A stretch of DNA of 63,292 nt, the filler included, from Octopus bimaculoides (lineage: Eukaryota): the NCBI RefSeq assembly GCF_001194135.2. It is 9 parts of 9 records of this genome, joined end to end, with 100 filler letters (N's around TTAATTAATTAA, not from the genome) between each part and the next. Parts side by side here need not be neighbours in the genome. Positions count along the whole stretch, not along the records: positions 9,311 to 12,630 come from NW_026300224.1; positions 12,731 to 25,446 come from NC_069006.1; 7 more parts are not named here. One strand, written 5' to 3'. This document shows, piece by piece, positions 9,788-20,920 of this stretch; the first letter of the stretch is position 1; each line of letters begins with the position of its first letter. Below the pieces are notes generated by a model. It was not told the DNA's origin and searched no databases. It saw only the letters and a list, made by a program, of their open reading frames with translations. Both the position numbers and the translations under genes were made by a program.

Positions 9788-12112
9788 NNNNNNNNNNNNN
9801 NNNNNNNNNNNNNNNNNNNNNNNNNNNNNNNNNNNNNNNNNNNNNNNNNNNNNNNNNNNNNNNNNNNNNNNNNNNNNNNNNNNNNNNNNNNNNNNNNNNN
9901 NNNNNNNNNNNNNNNNNNNNNNNNNNNNNNNNNNNNNNNNNNNNNNNNNNNNNNNNNNNNNNNNNNNNNNNNNNNNNNNNNNNNNNNNNNNNNNNNNNNN
10001 NNNNNNNNNNNNNNNNNNNNNNNNNNNNNNNNNNNNNNNNNNNNNNNNNNNNNNNNNNNNNNNNNNNNNNNNNNNNNNNNNNNNNNNNNNNNNNNNNNNN
10101 NNNNNNNNNNNNNNNNNNNNNNNNNNNNNNNNNNNNNNNNNNNNNNNNNNNNNNNNNNNNNNNNNNNNNNNNNNNNNNNNNNNNNNNNNNNNNNNNNNNN
10201 NNNNNNNNNNNNNNNNNNNNNNNNNNNNNNNNNNNNNNNNNNNNNNNNNNNNNNNNNNNNNNNNNNNNNNNNNNNNNNNNNNNNNNNNNNNNNNNNNNNN
10301 NNNNNNNNNNNNNNNNNNNNNNNNNNNNNNNNNNNNNNNNNNNNNNNNNNNNNNNNNNNNNNNNNNNNNNNNNNNNNNNNNNNNNNNNNNNNNNNNNNNN
10401 NNNNNNNNNNNNNNNNNNNNNNNNNNNNNNNNNNNNNNNNNNNNNNNNNNNNNNNNNNNNNNNNNNNNNNNNNNNNNNNNNNNNNNNNNNNNNNNNNNNN
10501 NNNNNNNNNNNNNNNNNNNNNNNNNNNNNNNNNNNNNNNNNNNNNNNNNNNNNNNNNNNNNNNNNNNNNNNNNNNNNNNNNNNNNNNNNNNNNNNNNNNN
10601 NNNNNNNNNNNNNNNNNNNNNNNNNNNNNNNNNNNNNNNNNNNNNNNNNNNNNNNNNNNNNNNNNNNNNNNNNNNNNNNNNNNNNNNNNNNNNNNNNNNN
10701 NNATATATATATATAAATGTGTGTGCATACATGTATATATATGTGTATATGTGTGTTTATGTATGTCTATGTATGTATATGCATGTATATGTATGTGAGT
10801 AAGTATGCGTGCTGTGTCTGTGTTCGTTTGCGTTCGCATATGTGTGTGTATGTGTTTGTTTATGTTCGTGCGTGTGTCCGTTATACACAAAACAGACCCT
10901 TAATATCCTGAATTACGTTGTCGGGAACGTAATCGAAAATGAGAGAAGAACAAACGGGTATTATTTACATTAAAATGGTCGGGTAGATGTTTGGTTAACG
11001 GAAGTAGCCTACTCACTGGCTATATGCGGGTACGTGTGCCTGTGAGAAACGAAGCCATAGCGACGACTGTCCCAAAATAAGTTTTGAACAATTACAGGAA
11101 ACTAACAAACTAACATATTTATATAACACACACAAAGTAGACATAAATAAAAATAAATACACACACAAAAAAGCAATAAACAAATACCTTTGTAAAGGGC
11201 GTGGAAGGCGTTTGACTTGAATGAATGAAGCAAAGAGGAGTAGGGAGAGGAGAGCTGATACTGGGGGAGGAGGGAGAGTTTGTTTTGTAATAATAGAAAG
11301 AGTAAGAGGGTGAGTGTTTGAAATGTGGGAGGTGATTGGAGATGAGGATGAAAGGAACACCTAAAGGATTAGTGAGTGAATGNNNNNNNNNNNNNNNNNN
11401 NNNNNNNNNNNNNNNNNNNNNNNNNNNNNNNNNNNNNNNNNNNNNNNNNNNNNNNNNNNNNNNNNNNNNNNNNNNNNNNNNNNNNNNNNNNNNNNNNNNN
11501 NNNNNNNNNNNNNNNNNNNNNNNNNNNNNNNNNNNNNNNNNNNNNNNNNNNNNNNNNNNNNNNNNNNNNNNNNNNNNNNNNNNNNNNNNNNNNNNNNNNN
11601 NNNNNNNNNNNNNNNNNNNNNNNNNNNNNNNNNNNNNNNNNNNNNNNNNNNNNNNNNNNNNNNNNNNNNNNNNNNNNNNNNNNNNNNNNNNNNNNNNNNN
11701 NNNNNNNNNNNNNNNNNNNNNNNNNNNNNNNNNNNNNNNNNNNNNNNNNNNNNNNNNNNNNNNNNNNNNNNNNNNNNNNNNNNNNNNNNNNNNNNNNNNN
11801 NNNNNNNNNNNNNNNNNNNNNNNNNNNNNNNNNNNNNNNNNNNNNNNNNNNNNNNNNNNNNNNNNNNNNNNNNNNNNNNNNNNNNNNNNNNNNNNNNNNN
11901 NNNNNNNNNNNNNNNNNNNNNNNNNNNNNNNNNNNNNNNNNNNNNNNNNNNNNNNNNNNNNNNNNNNNNNNNNNNNNNNNNNNNNNNNNNNNNNNNNNNN
12001 NNNNNNNNNNNNNNNNNNNNNNNNNNNNNNNNNNNNNNNNNNNNNNNNNNNNNNNNNNNNNNNNNNNNNNNNNNNNNNNNNNNNNNNNNNNNNNNNNNNN
12101 NNNNNNNNNNNN

Positions 12113-12126
12113 NGATGATGATGACG

Positions 12127-12170
<44 letters not shown>

Positions 12171-12274
12171 AGTGATGATGATAGGGTGGGGGAGTGATGG
12201 TGGGGGTGATGGTGGTTGTGGCTGTACCGAAGATGATATTCATGATGATGATAACGATGATGATGAACAAGAAA

Positions 12275-12340
<66 letters not shown>

Positions 12341-12481
12341 GGTGGCAGTAGTAGTAGTAGTAGTAGACGAAGAAGAAGGTGAAGATGAGGAGGAAGAGAA
12401 AGAAGAAGAGGAGGCGGTGGCGGCGGAGGAAGAGAGTGAGGGGGGAAAAGAGGTGCTTGTGACCACAACATCATCATCATC

Positions 12482-12513
<32 letters not shown>

Positions 12514-12525
12514 CATCATCATCAT
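12113..12525. repeat. (GAT)n/(GTA)n/(ATC)n microsatellite mosaic
   Basis: Direct reading. Confidence 0.9.
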
Positions 12526-12730
12526 TTTGAACTGAAAAGATGTGGATGGTGTTTTTCTTTACAAAGTGGCGCTGGGATTCGGACAAAAATCAAGTTCAGG
12601 GTGAATTAAGGACAGCATACGTGTGTGTGTNNNNNNNNNNNNNNNNNNNNNNNNNNNNNNNNNNNNNNNNNNNNTTAATTAATTAANNNNNNNNNNNNNN
12701 NNNNNNNNNNNNNNNNNNNNNNNNNNNNNN

Positions 12731-12799
<69 letters not shown>

Positions 12800-12806
12800 T
12801 TTTATA

Positions 12807-13022
12807 TGTTGGATATAGAGATTTCACGAAGCGGAGTCAAATACAACTGTCTCCACGCGACGTACTTCAAATTACTCCACTAAACATGATACTCCAATAA
12901 GTACAAACTCTCAACGACTTCCTACGACTTCTCCCGTCTCAACCAATACGCTACTCTTTATTAGAGTCCGGCTAGACCATTATTCCAATCTCACAGGGGT
13001 GTCAATAACTCACGCCACAACA
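12807..13022 (-). mobile_element. 3' LTR (216 bp) of a Gypsy-like retrotransposon
   Basis: Ends TGTTG...CAACA; AATAAA on the minus strand; polypurine tract (AA plus a G run) immediately upstream at 13023-13032; pol tail just beyond. Confidence 0.85.
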
Positions 13023-13054
13023 CCCCCCCCTTGAGATTTACTTCCTAGGGAAGT

Positions 13055-13335
13055 TTAATATTTCTTCCGTTTAGGCACTACTTCCAACCGTTCTGTTCGT
13101 TTCCTCTTTCTTGTGCTGCTACACCTAGGTTCGACTTCTTGTGGCGTTGGAACATCAAAGGTGTTGTAGAGCACTTCCACGAGCATATCTTTTCTTTTTT
13201 CCGTATACCTTTTGAGCTTTTCATGAATAAAGAAATGCTGCTGAAACAGTTGTGAATCTTTAAAATTACTTAGTGTGTTGTATATATCTGGTACCTCAAC
13301 ATACATGTGGAACCCGACTCTTTCCCGGTGTCCTG
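13055..13335 (-). pseudogene. C-terminal end of Gypsy-like pol (post-integrase)
   Basis: GHRERVGFHMYVEV...EVLYNTFDVPTP...STRKRKRTERLEVVPKRKKY*, followed directly by the PPT and LTR. Confidence 0.7.
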
Positions 13336-13540
13336 AACATTAAAATACCTAAATTCTAAAGAATTCTACAACTGGTTTATGAATACATACATACATACAC
13401 CGTTTCATGGTCACTGAGCTGTCTTAGACCTCTGAACCACAATGGTCAGACGTCCAAGTCTAGAATATGGGATCAAATTGCGCTAGTCACTTGAGGGCGT
13501 ACCACTCATTCTGAATGATCTTCGGGTACAAAGAAACTTC

Positions 13541-13580
<40 letters not shown>

Positions 13581-13588
13581 GGGGGGTG

Positions 13589-13624
<36 letters not shown>

Positions 13625-13835
13625 AGTGTGTGTGCGTAAGTAGAGAGAAAGAAGTGCAGCATTTCTTCATACTTATGCTAAAGATTGCAAGTCAGTCATA
13701 TAATTAAAGTAGGATGCAAACAGCATGCATGTACTCGCTTTCCAGCTGTCTCTGTAAATGATTTTAAAATTTATATAAAAATCGGATTTGTTACATCCAT
13801 TTATAAATATTAGGTATGCCCTGCGTGTATCGCAT

Positions 13836-13866
<31 letters not shown>

Positions 13867-15074
13867 TGAAATATATAGCAGACCATCTAATTTTTACGCT
13901 AATTCTTTATAAATAATTTCAAAGCTATAGTCAAAACAATTTTATTTATTTGCGGTTTTTTAGTTCAGGCAATTCCGGGTGCAAATTATTGCACTTACAA
14001 CAACAAAGAATGAGTCAGACTTTCAAATGTATATTCAGCTATTCTGTGTTAATAAAATGAAAATAAATTCCACCGGGAAGTAAAATTTATATCACATTAG
14101 ACTAGTCTTAATTTCACTTATTTTATAACAAAATACGAAATGATAAACGAGAGGGTCCAATTTAAATGATGTAATTGTGATCTTTCTGCCTCTGTAGGGG
14201 TTTTTCCTGCCCCAGCTGACGCGGCGGCGCCAGACCATTCAGATACATCACGTTTGTTGGTGCCAGATTAATTATACATCTTTCTCTCCCCCAGCATCAT
14301 CATCTCACACATGGTACTAGATAAAGGAGTTACACGCTGATATCAGAATCGGCAACACGTGGGGTATATTTACATTGATTCCAGAATTAAACAGTTAACT
14401 ACACATATATATTACCTAGATTAAACACCTCAACACAACTACATATATTAAAGAGTATATTAAACATAACCACATTAGTAGTCCCACGCTAACTTCATAA
14501 CCGGCTACTTCCTTGTTGGGTTAATGTGTATCCGTAGCCTACCTCTGCAGTCCAGGCTACATTGTGTATTCCGTCTCCCCTGAGGAAAGGTGGTCTCTCA
14601 TTCGGTTATCTGTAACAAAAACGAATATACTTTGACTTGAAGTCTGTCTAACTCATCAATCTAAGTTTTCTCTCCGAAACTATCCAACAGCTAGTAGCGC
14701 AGCTATTTCCCGTTCTTCAATGAATATTTCTATCGTAGCTCAACTCACCCTAAAGGAATTTCTCTTGATTTCCCTGCATTCGTCTAAATATTTTATCGCG
14801 CTCTTATCTCGATCACACACGCATAAATATATATATACAAATATATATACTTGATTTGCTCCTCGCGGGAAATATGTCATCAGAGGAGAGAGAATCATTT
14901 TTCAAACAAGTTTGAAGATCCTGTATATTTAATTCTTTATTTAGACAACTTCTAATTCTTTTTTTTTTTTTCTTGTTACAAAATAAAATCCTTCAATTTT
15001 TTTCTTTCCTTGTGGTCTCGGTAACAGCATATAATATACTCGTAACATAATATGTATGTATATATAGAAAATAG

Positions 15075-15475
15075 AGGTGTTCCCTTGCAATTCCTTTGCT
15101 ATTCTTAAAAGGTCGGACAGACGTTCGATTGCCAGGCCCACCTGATCCTCTCCTTCCTCTAGACCTGGCGCTTCCTCCTCTTCTTCGCTGGCAGACTTCG
15201 TTAACTCCAGCAAATCTTTGTCTGTCAGGTTTCATCGATGAGTTCGTTGTCGTCAAAACCTTCGCCATCAAGTACCTTTGCCAGTTTCACCACATTGTTG
15301 ACAGCCTCGTGCTGAATAACTTCATGTGAGAAGCCTCGTAGTCCTGGACACGCCCTGGCTACACCTTCTTCCAGCATACGATGAAGGTTTCTTTTTTCAT
15401 ATCTTTAAGAGCAGTATGGATGTCTGACATTGCGATCATGAAGTTACGCCAGTACTCCTTTAACTTGAAATTCAT
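15075..15475 (-). mobile_element. Tigger/pogo transposase relic (C-terminal part, with frameshifts and a stop)
   Basis: NFKLKEYWRNFMIA...MKKETFIVCWKKV*, AVNNVVKLAKVLDGEGFDD and TDKDLLELTKSASEEEEE...GLAIERLS resemble TIGD1-like transposases. Confidence 0.8.
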
Positions 15476-15744
15476 AAGAAACGAACACCCCACCCAACAA
15501 GTCTTAGTTTTGTAGAGATGATGAATAGGGAAGCTCATGTAATATGAAAAATCAAAGCATAAATTGATTTAGGAAAAATCTGATAGTTATATTTAAGACA
15601 AATCCCTTGACATTTCCCTCTCCGACTTTATAGCAGAAGTTAATCTCGTAGATATTACACTAAATCTTAAAACAGGTAAACACTACTGGTAGAAGTCGAT
15701 ATATGTTAAGTCGGGATTTTCTTGATAAAACAACACCGCTTTAA

Positions 15745-15900
15745 CAAATGCACGCCACAATTAAAAAGGCATATACACTGCCTTCAACCGAACGACTCAC
15801 TTGCAACTACCGACATCAAACCTCTTGTTTACTCGGAGGATATACCCATCCAAGATCGAATTATATAGAACTATGCTCTCTCCCCTCTACATGGTATCAA
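15745..15900 (+). mobile_element. Highly decayed RTE-type LINE endonuclease relic
   Basis: GYTHPRSNYIEL resembles the RTE/BovB WMHPRSKHWHL motif; the flanking similarity is weak. Confidence 0.4.
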
Positions 15901-16430
15901 CAACAACTATTTGGGATTCACGACAACCAAAATAATTTCAAAGAATAGCCTGGTCAACATATGCACTTCTTTATATCCAGAGACAGGTAACTCCACTTCA
16001 CTTCTCTCTTCTGTTCCATTTGGAAGTCCAGGAACCAAGAATATGACTGCTCTACTATAGTTTAGACTATTGTTGACAAGGCCTCTCTATCATCTATTGG
16101 AAATGTAATTGCCAGTTCTACTTGGCTGAAAACTTCACATCCTAAAACAACGTGCAGTATCCCTCAACAAGAAATATGAAATAATTTCTTTCGTCACATA
16201 TGAACTTTAATCTAAACCAAGTTCCAACAAAGCAACCTAGAAAATGATGTCCGTGTGAAACAAGGAGTTACCGCTCTGACAAAGGAAAGGTAAATATCTC
16301 GGCAGTTGGCCTTCCTTAAGTCTTTTAAAATTTTGTGGTGAGAAGTAGCAGTTTACATTGGTTTCTGTCGGGTTATAAGGGATAACTTATGGGAGTATAG
16401 ATAACCAGCGATCACTAAGGGTCTCGCTTT

Positions 16431-16510
16431 ACTCTCCAAGAGCATCTAATGAATTAAGCATGTTCCTACTCCTACGTGTCGATGAAACTCTGAGTAATGG
16501 CCGTGGGAGT
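16431..16510 (+). ncRNA. Degenerate type I hammerhead ribozyme (core CTAATGA, G5 to A)
   Basis: CAT-CTAATGA-[stem II: AT/AT plus GCATGT/ACGTGT]-GAAA-CTC-T-GAG-T-A-ATG; GUA triplet; distal stem I ACTCTC/GGGAGT; outer TAGATAA (16398)/TTATCTA (16513). Confidence 0.5.
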
Positions 16511-17415
16511 CATTATCTACTAACTTTCTTTCTGTCTCAAACACACACACATCTTCCGTCTATGTGACGCATTTGGCGAGAACTAAATAAATTCTGTGTG
16601 AAATTTGTGTAGGAGTTTTGGTTTTAATATTGTATGTGGTTTTGTTATTTTCCCTGAGAAAGAGAGAGGAGTCATTTAAAACAATATGTTGATAAGAATT
16701 TTGTTTAAAAGAACATTCAGCACTTTTTTTTTTTTTGCTCTCTACTGTTCTAGACGGAACGTTTAACTTTAAAATATGTCGGCATCAATATTCAAAGCAG
16801 CTGTGATAAGTCTGCTAACGAAATACACATAAAGCCAACTATGTAATACACATTAGTACACGTAAACATGTGCATATCCAAGTATACATATTTATTCGCT
16901 CAAATACAAAATGCTCAAATATACGCAGGTACAAACACAGAGAAGAGGAAGAAGAAGGAAGGGGAGGAAAGAAAGAATCACAGCACTTGATAAGATACCC
17001 GAACGCAATGATATTAGGGAGAAAAGCTTACGTTACATATTTAGATGTGTCATAATATATTTATAATATGGCTGTGGAAAAATACTTCAAAGGAGGGTTC
17101 TGCATTCTAAATATCAATGCGGCTGAATGTCAAGTAATATACAAAGTTGAAAAATTTCGATTAACTGAGGAGTTTAAAATATGATAGGAAACACTGCGCT
17201 ATCCCCCATATATATATATATATGTATGTATGTATATAAATCTTTTGAATTTGTTTAGGTCACATCAACGGTATGCAAATAAAGCTCCTATTTCATTATG
17301 CTAGCTGCCGTCTAATGATACTAGTGAGTCAGTTTTTCGGGGGTTGCATCATGGTTATACCGATGTAATGTAGGGTACATATAATTATAACAATAATACT
17401 AGGGTGGACAATTAT

Positions 17416-17820
17416 AAATATTTAATACATTGCTACGCGCGTTTTCACAAATCACATGACTAATCCTTAAATCTGCTGAGTGACCATCATTAAAATCTGT
17501 AGAATGAATAGCAAATAAATCCAACACCACCACACACACTTCCATCCCCATATTACTACCCTTCCTCCCTCTACTCCCATCACCTACCTCCCCCTACCAA
17601 GTGCATACAGAAATACTTACATAGATTGGCCTTCGTACTGGCAAGAAGGGATAAACAACCCTCTGTGATTCATCCATTAATGTAGTATCGCCTGATAATA
17701 TGAATCAATGATGATGACCAACCGGATGCCCAGGAATAATACGGACATCCAAAGGATACGGACTCTGATGTTGAAGTCATATGATTTGTGGATATGCGCG
17801 TAGCGATGTAGTAAATATTT
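17416..17820. mobile_element. MITE-like element with 46-bp terminal inverted repeats
   Basis: 17416-17461 versus the reverse complement of 17775-17820: 40 of 46 identical; no internal ORF. Confidence 0.7.
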
Positions 17821-18425
17821 CAAAAACAAACGTTGCAAAGCGTTTAGAGTAGAGTAAAAACCTACAGAATTGGTCCCTAGAGCAGTGGATGAATATTATT
17901 TTCTCGGACGAGTCATCCTTTACTTTATTTCCGACCACTGGCGGCCGAGTATACGTGTGGAGACAGCCAAAAGAAGCATTTGACCCAAACTGCCTTCTTC
18001 CAATTGTTAAACATGGAGGAGGGTCTGTGATGGTCTGGGGGTGGGGTATATCTTGGAAATCCGCCGGCCTAATGGTTTCCCTTCATGGCAGAATTTATAG
18101 TCAAGACTATTTAAGCATTTTATTTGATCAAATTCATTCTATGGTTGCGAAAACTGTTTCCAGAGGGAAACGCAATCTTTCAGGAAGATAATGAACCGAG
18201 TCACACTGCTAAAGTTGCTACTGAATGGTACGAGGAACATTCTAGTGAATTTGAACAGCTTATCTGGCCACCACAGTCCCCAGATCTCAATTTTATTGAA
18301 CATTTATGGTGCATTTTAGAAAAACAAGTAAGGAGTCGATATCCTCCACCATCATCACTACAAGAACTGAAAAATGTCTTCGCTGATGAATGGACAAAAA
18401 TTCCTTTGCAAACAATTCAAACACA
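17821..18425 (+). mobile_element. Tc1-family (DD34E, DDE_3) transposase relic
   Basis: IIFSDESSF, KHGGGSVMVWG, FQEDNEPSHTAK, WPPQSPDLNFIEHLW; frameshifted and 5'-truncated. Confidence 0.92.
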
Positions 18426-18502
18426 CTACCACATCTATACTAGTGTTCTGATAGTGATTTTCAAGGTCTCATATTTTTGGTTAGGGTACTCATGATTATA
18501 TC

Positions 18503-18625
18503 TATTCCAGTGCTTTACTGGTACATGACTTCGGAAAGGTGAAAGGCAAAGTTGCTCCCAGTTGGATTGGAACTCAGAAAATGAAGACGAAACTATATAT
18601 CTCAACGTATTTCATTAAATGTTCT
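18503..18625 (-). mobile_element. SINE family C, degraded
   Basis: GAAAGGTGAAAGGCAAAGTTG...GGAACTCAGAA matches the reverse complement of the family C centre. Confidence 0.6.
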
Positions 18626-19139
18626 AAAATTTTTGGAACTCCCATCCCATTTATACTTGTGTCTTAATAATACTTAAATTCAAATAGCTAAACATTCTTT
18701 AATAGTAGATCTACCTTAAATATATTTAATTTTCTTTATCTTGCAACATGAATGTTGTTTTGGGTAGTTTACACCACACATACGCTTCTTCAAGATAAAT
18801 ATTGCCACTGCAGTAATTTGATAACAAATGAATTCTACCGTAACGTCTTGTAATCGAAACTCCTTACAACCGTTAGATAAACTTGCAGATAATACTTTGC
18901 ACCTGTTTATCATATTAGCTAGCAGTAGTAGACAGACTTCCAGATAAATAATCAATCTCACGTGTGATAAGTTTGAATTCGTCTAGCGCCACTGGGACTG
19001 GTATACATGCCTTTTCAGTTGCAGTGACGTCATCGTCAAAGCTTTTGACGAATCAGTTTAATGTATTATGTTATTTAAGTGATGTTACTCCTTCTCTCTC
19101 TTTCTCCACCCCATATTTAGGCTAATAAGTAAATAAGAC

Positions 19140-19300
19140 CCGTCAATTTCGACGATGAGTATTCAGTTGTTCAACCAACTATACTACTTGCTCATGAAAT
19201 TAGAGTGTAACCGGCTGAGTATTCTTCTAACGCGCATTTTAAAGTGTATCTTTGACGTACTCCTTCGGTACTCTCAAAGTGACACTGTGGGAGAAGTTTG
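19140..19300 (-). mobile_element. Degraded SINE tail (type-2 tail of families B/D)
   Basis: CTTGCTCATGAAATTAGAGTGTAACCGGCTGAGTATTC resembles the reverse complement of the 35280-35340 tail. Confidence 0.5.
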
Positions 19301-19460
19301 GACATTTGAATAACAGACACAATCCATCTGAATGAATGATACACAGAATTTGGTCGATATGAGGTAATAGCAAAAGACGTTTTCCTACGCACTGAAATCG
19401 AATTCTTGACTTTATGAGTGTATAGCGAAATTCTAAACCATTCAGCCACGTAGTGCACGT

Positions 19461-19505
<45 letters not shown>

Positions 19506-20269
19506 TATATGGGAGCTAACTAAGTTGTCTCCATAGACAAATAAGCAAAGTGGTAAAGTAGAAATAAAAAGATTACTATATTCTGTAATACAGATAATCT
19601 AAAACCGAAATCTCATTGTAATTTGAACTCAAAGCATAGAAGAAAGCAACTAAATAATGATATGCATTTAAGCCAGGTCACATTTAAACAAATTTTCTTC
19701 GTGGATTAGTCGGAGAGAAAGGTGGTATTCATGACCTTTCTCGGGGTAAGAAGAAGCGGGCTGTCTTGATATCGGAGGCTTGGCCCAAATGCTTGTGGCA
19801 TAATAGATTTTGTTAAAAGCACCCAACAGGCAGGTGGTGGCATTAAACTGGGCGATGAATTAAATGTACCACCTTAAGAACAGGAACTGTTCCTCCGACA
19901 GGTTTCTACAAAGATTCCGTCTACCATATTGCACTCGAAAATTATAGGTCGATCCGAGGATATATGGTAAGAGACAGAGAGTACTAAAACACTTAGATTG
20001 AACCCGAAACCACGTAGTTGCGAAGTAAAATTCTTAATCACACAGCCATGGAAACTAACTGAATTACACACACAAACACACACGTACATATACATTCATT
20101 CATTCTAAGTCACATTCCATAAAAAATTGGGCTATTCCTAAGGCGAATAGAACTTTTAGGTTCATAGCCCCATGTGAGTTAGATAAATCGTAACTTCCGA
20201 CTTGCCAATATTTTATCTGAAAAAGCACCATAACTGAATTCATCAGAAAATACACGATGCATTCTTTAT

Positions 20270-20920
20270 TTACCAACGTCATTTCCTATACACGGAATGT
20301 CATTTGGTTTACAGGAATTGCTGATAAATACCATTTCCTATGCTTAACTCATGTCTTCTTTAAATATATACACAATCGCTTCAACAAAAGTTTCAGTTGG
20401 AAGATAAACTATAGGGAAATAAAAATATATACTCCGAGTTAGGAGAAACTTATGTAATCATTTTTTAAGTCCGGTCATAAGTGTAAGTGATAGCTTCATC
20501 GTTCGAATCTTGATGAAAACTTTGTGACAAGCGTCATAACAGCGGAAGAAGTGTTTGGGCACGGCTAGAACGTCGGATGAAAAGAGAAAGCGAAAAAACA
20601 GTCGTCATTCTGGTTGGCAATTAAAAAAAAAAAAAAAAACAGAAAAAGAAAAAAACACATGGGATTCGATCAAATGTAACCTTGTTCGACTGGAAGGGCG
20701 TCGATCATAAGTTTGTTCCAAATCATCAGACGTTGAATAAATAATTCTACTAGAAGTCCAGAGACATTTGAGAGAAGTAAACCAAGGAAATAGGCCCAAA
20801 GCGTGGATAATTAAACCTTAGATGCTACATCATGAAAAGCACCTGCTCAAGCGTTACTACTTATACACGACTTCTTGTTTGGCAAAATCTGAGATAACTC
20901 ATCCCCCTGAAGACGTTTTT
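20270..20920 (+). mobile_element. Mariner (DD34D) transposase relic
   Basis: LFDWKGVDHKFVPNHQTLNK*FY (compare FFDxxGIVHxEFVPxGQTVN), then *MLHHE..APA (compare WxLHHDNAPAH); many stops. Confidence 0.7.

Noticed and set aside
9568-12586. Long ORFs of 260-468 aa (also at 28046, 42377, 59337 and elsewhere)
   Set aside because: They are open only because they span N gaps.
14850-14890. Minus-strand CTGATGA in a short hairpin
   Set aside because: No GAAA or stem III follows, so it is not a hammerhead; no properly placed D box either.
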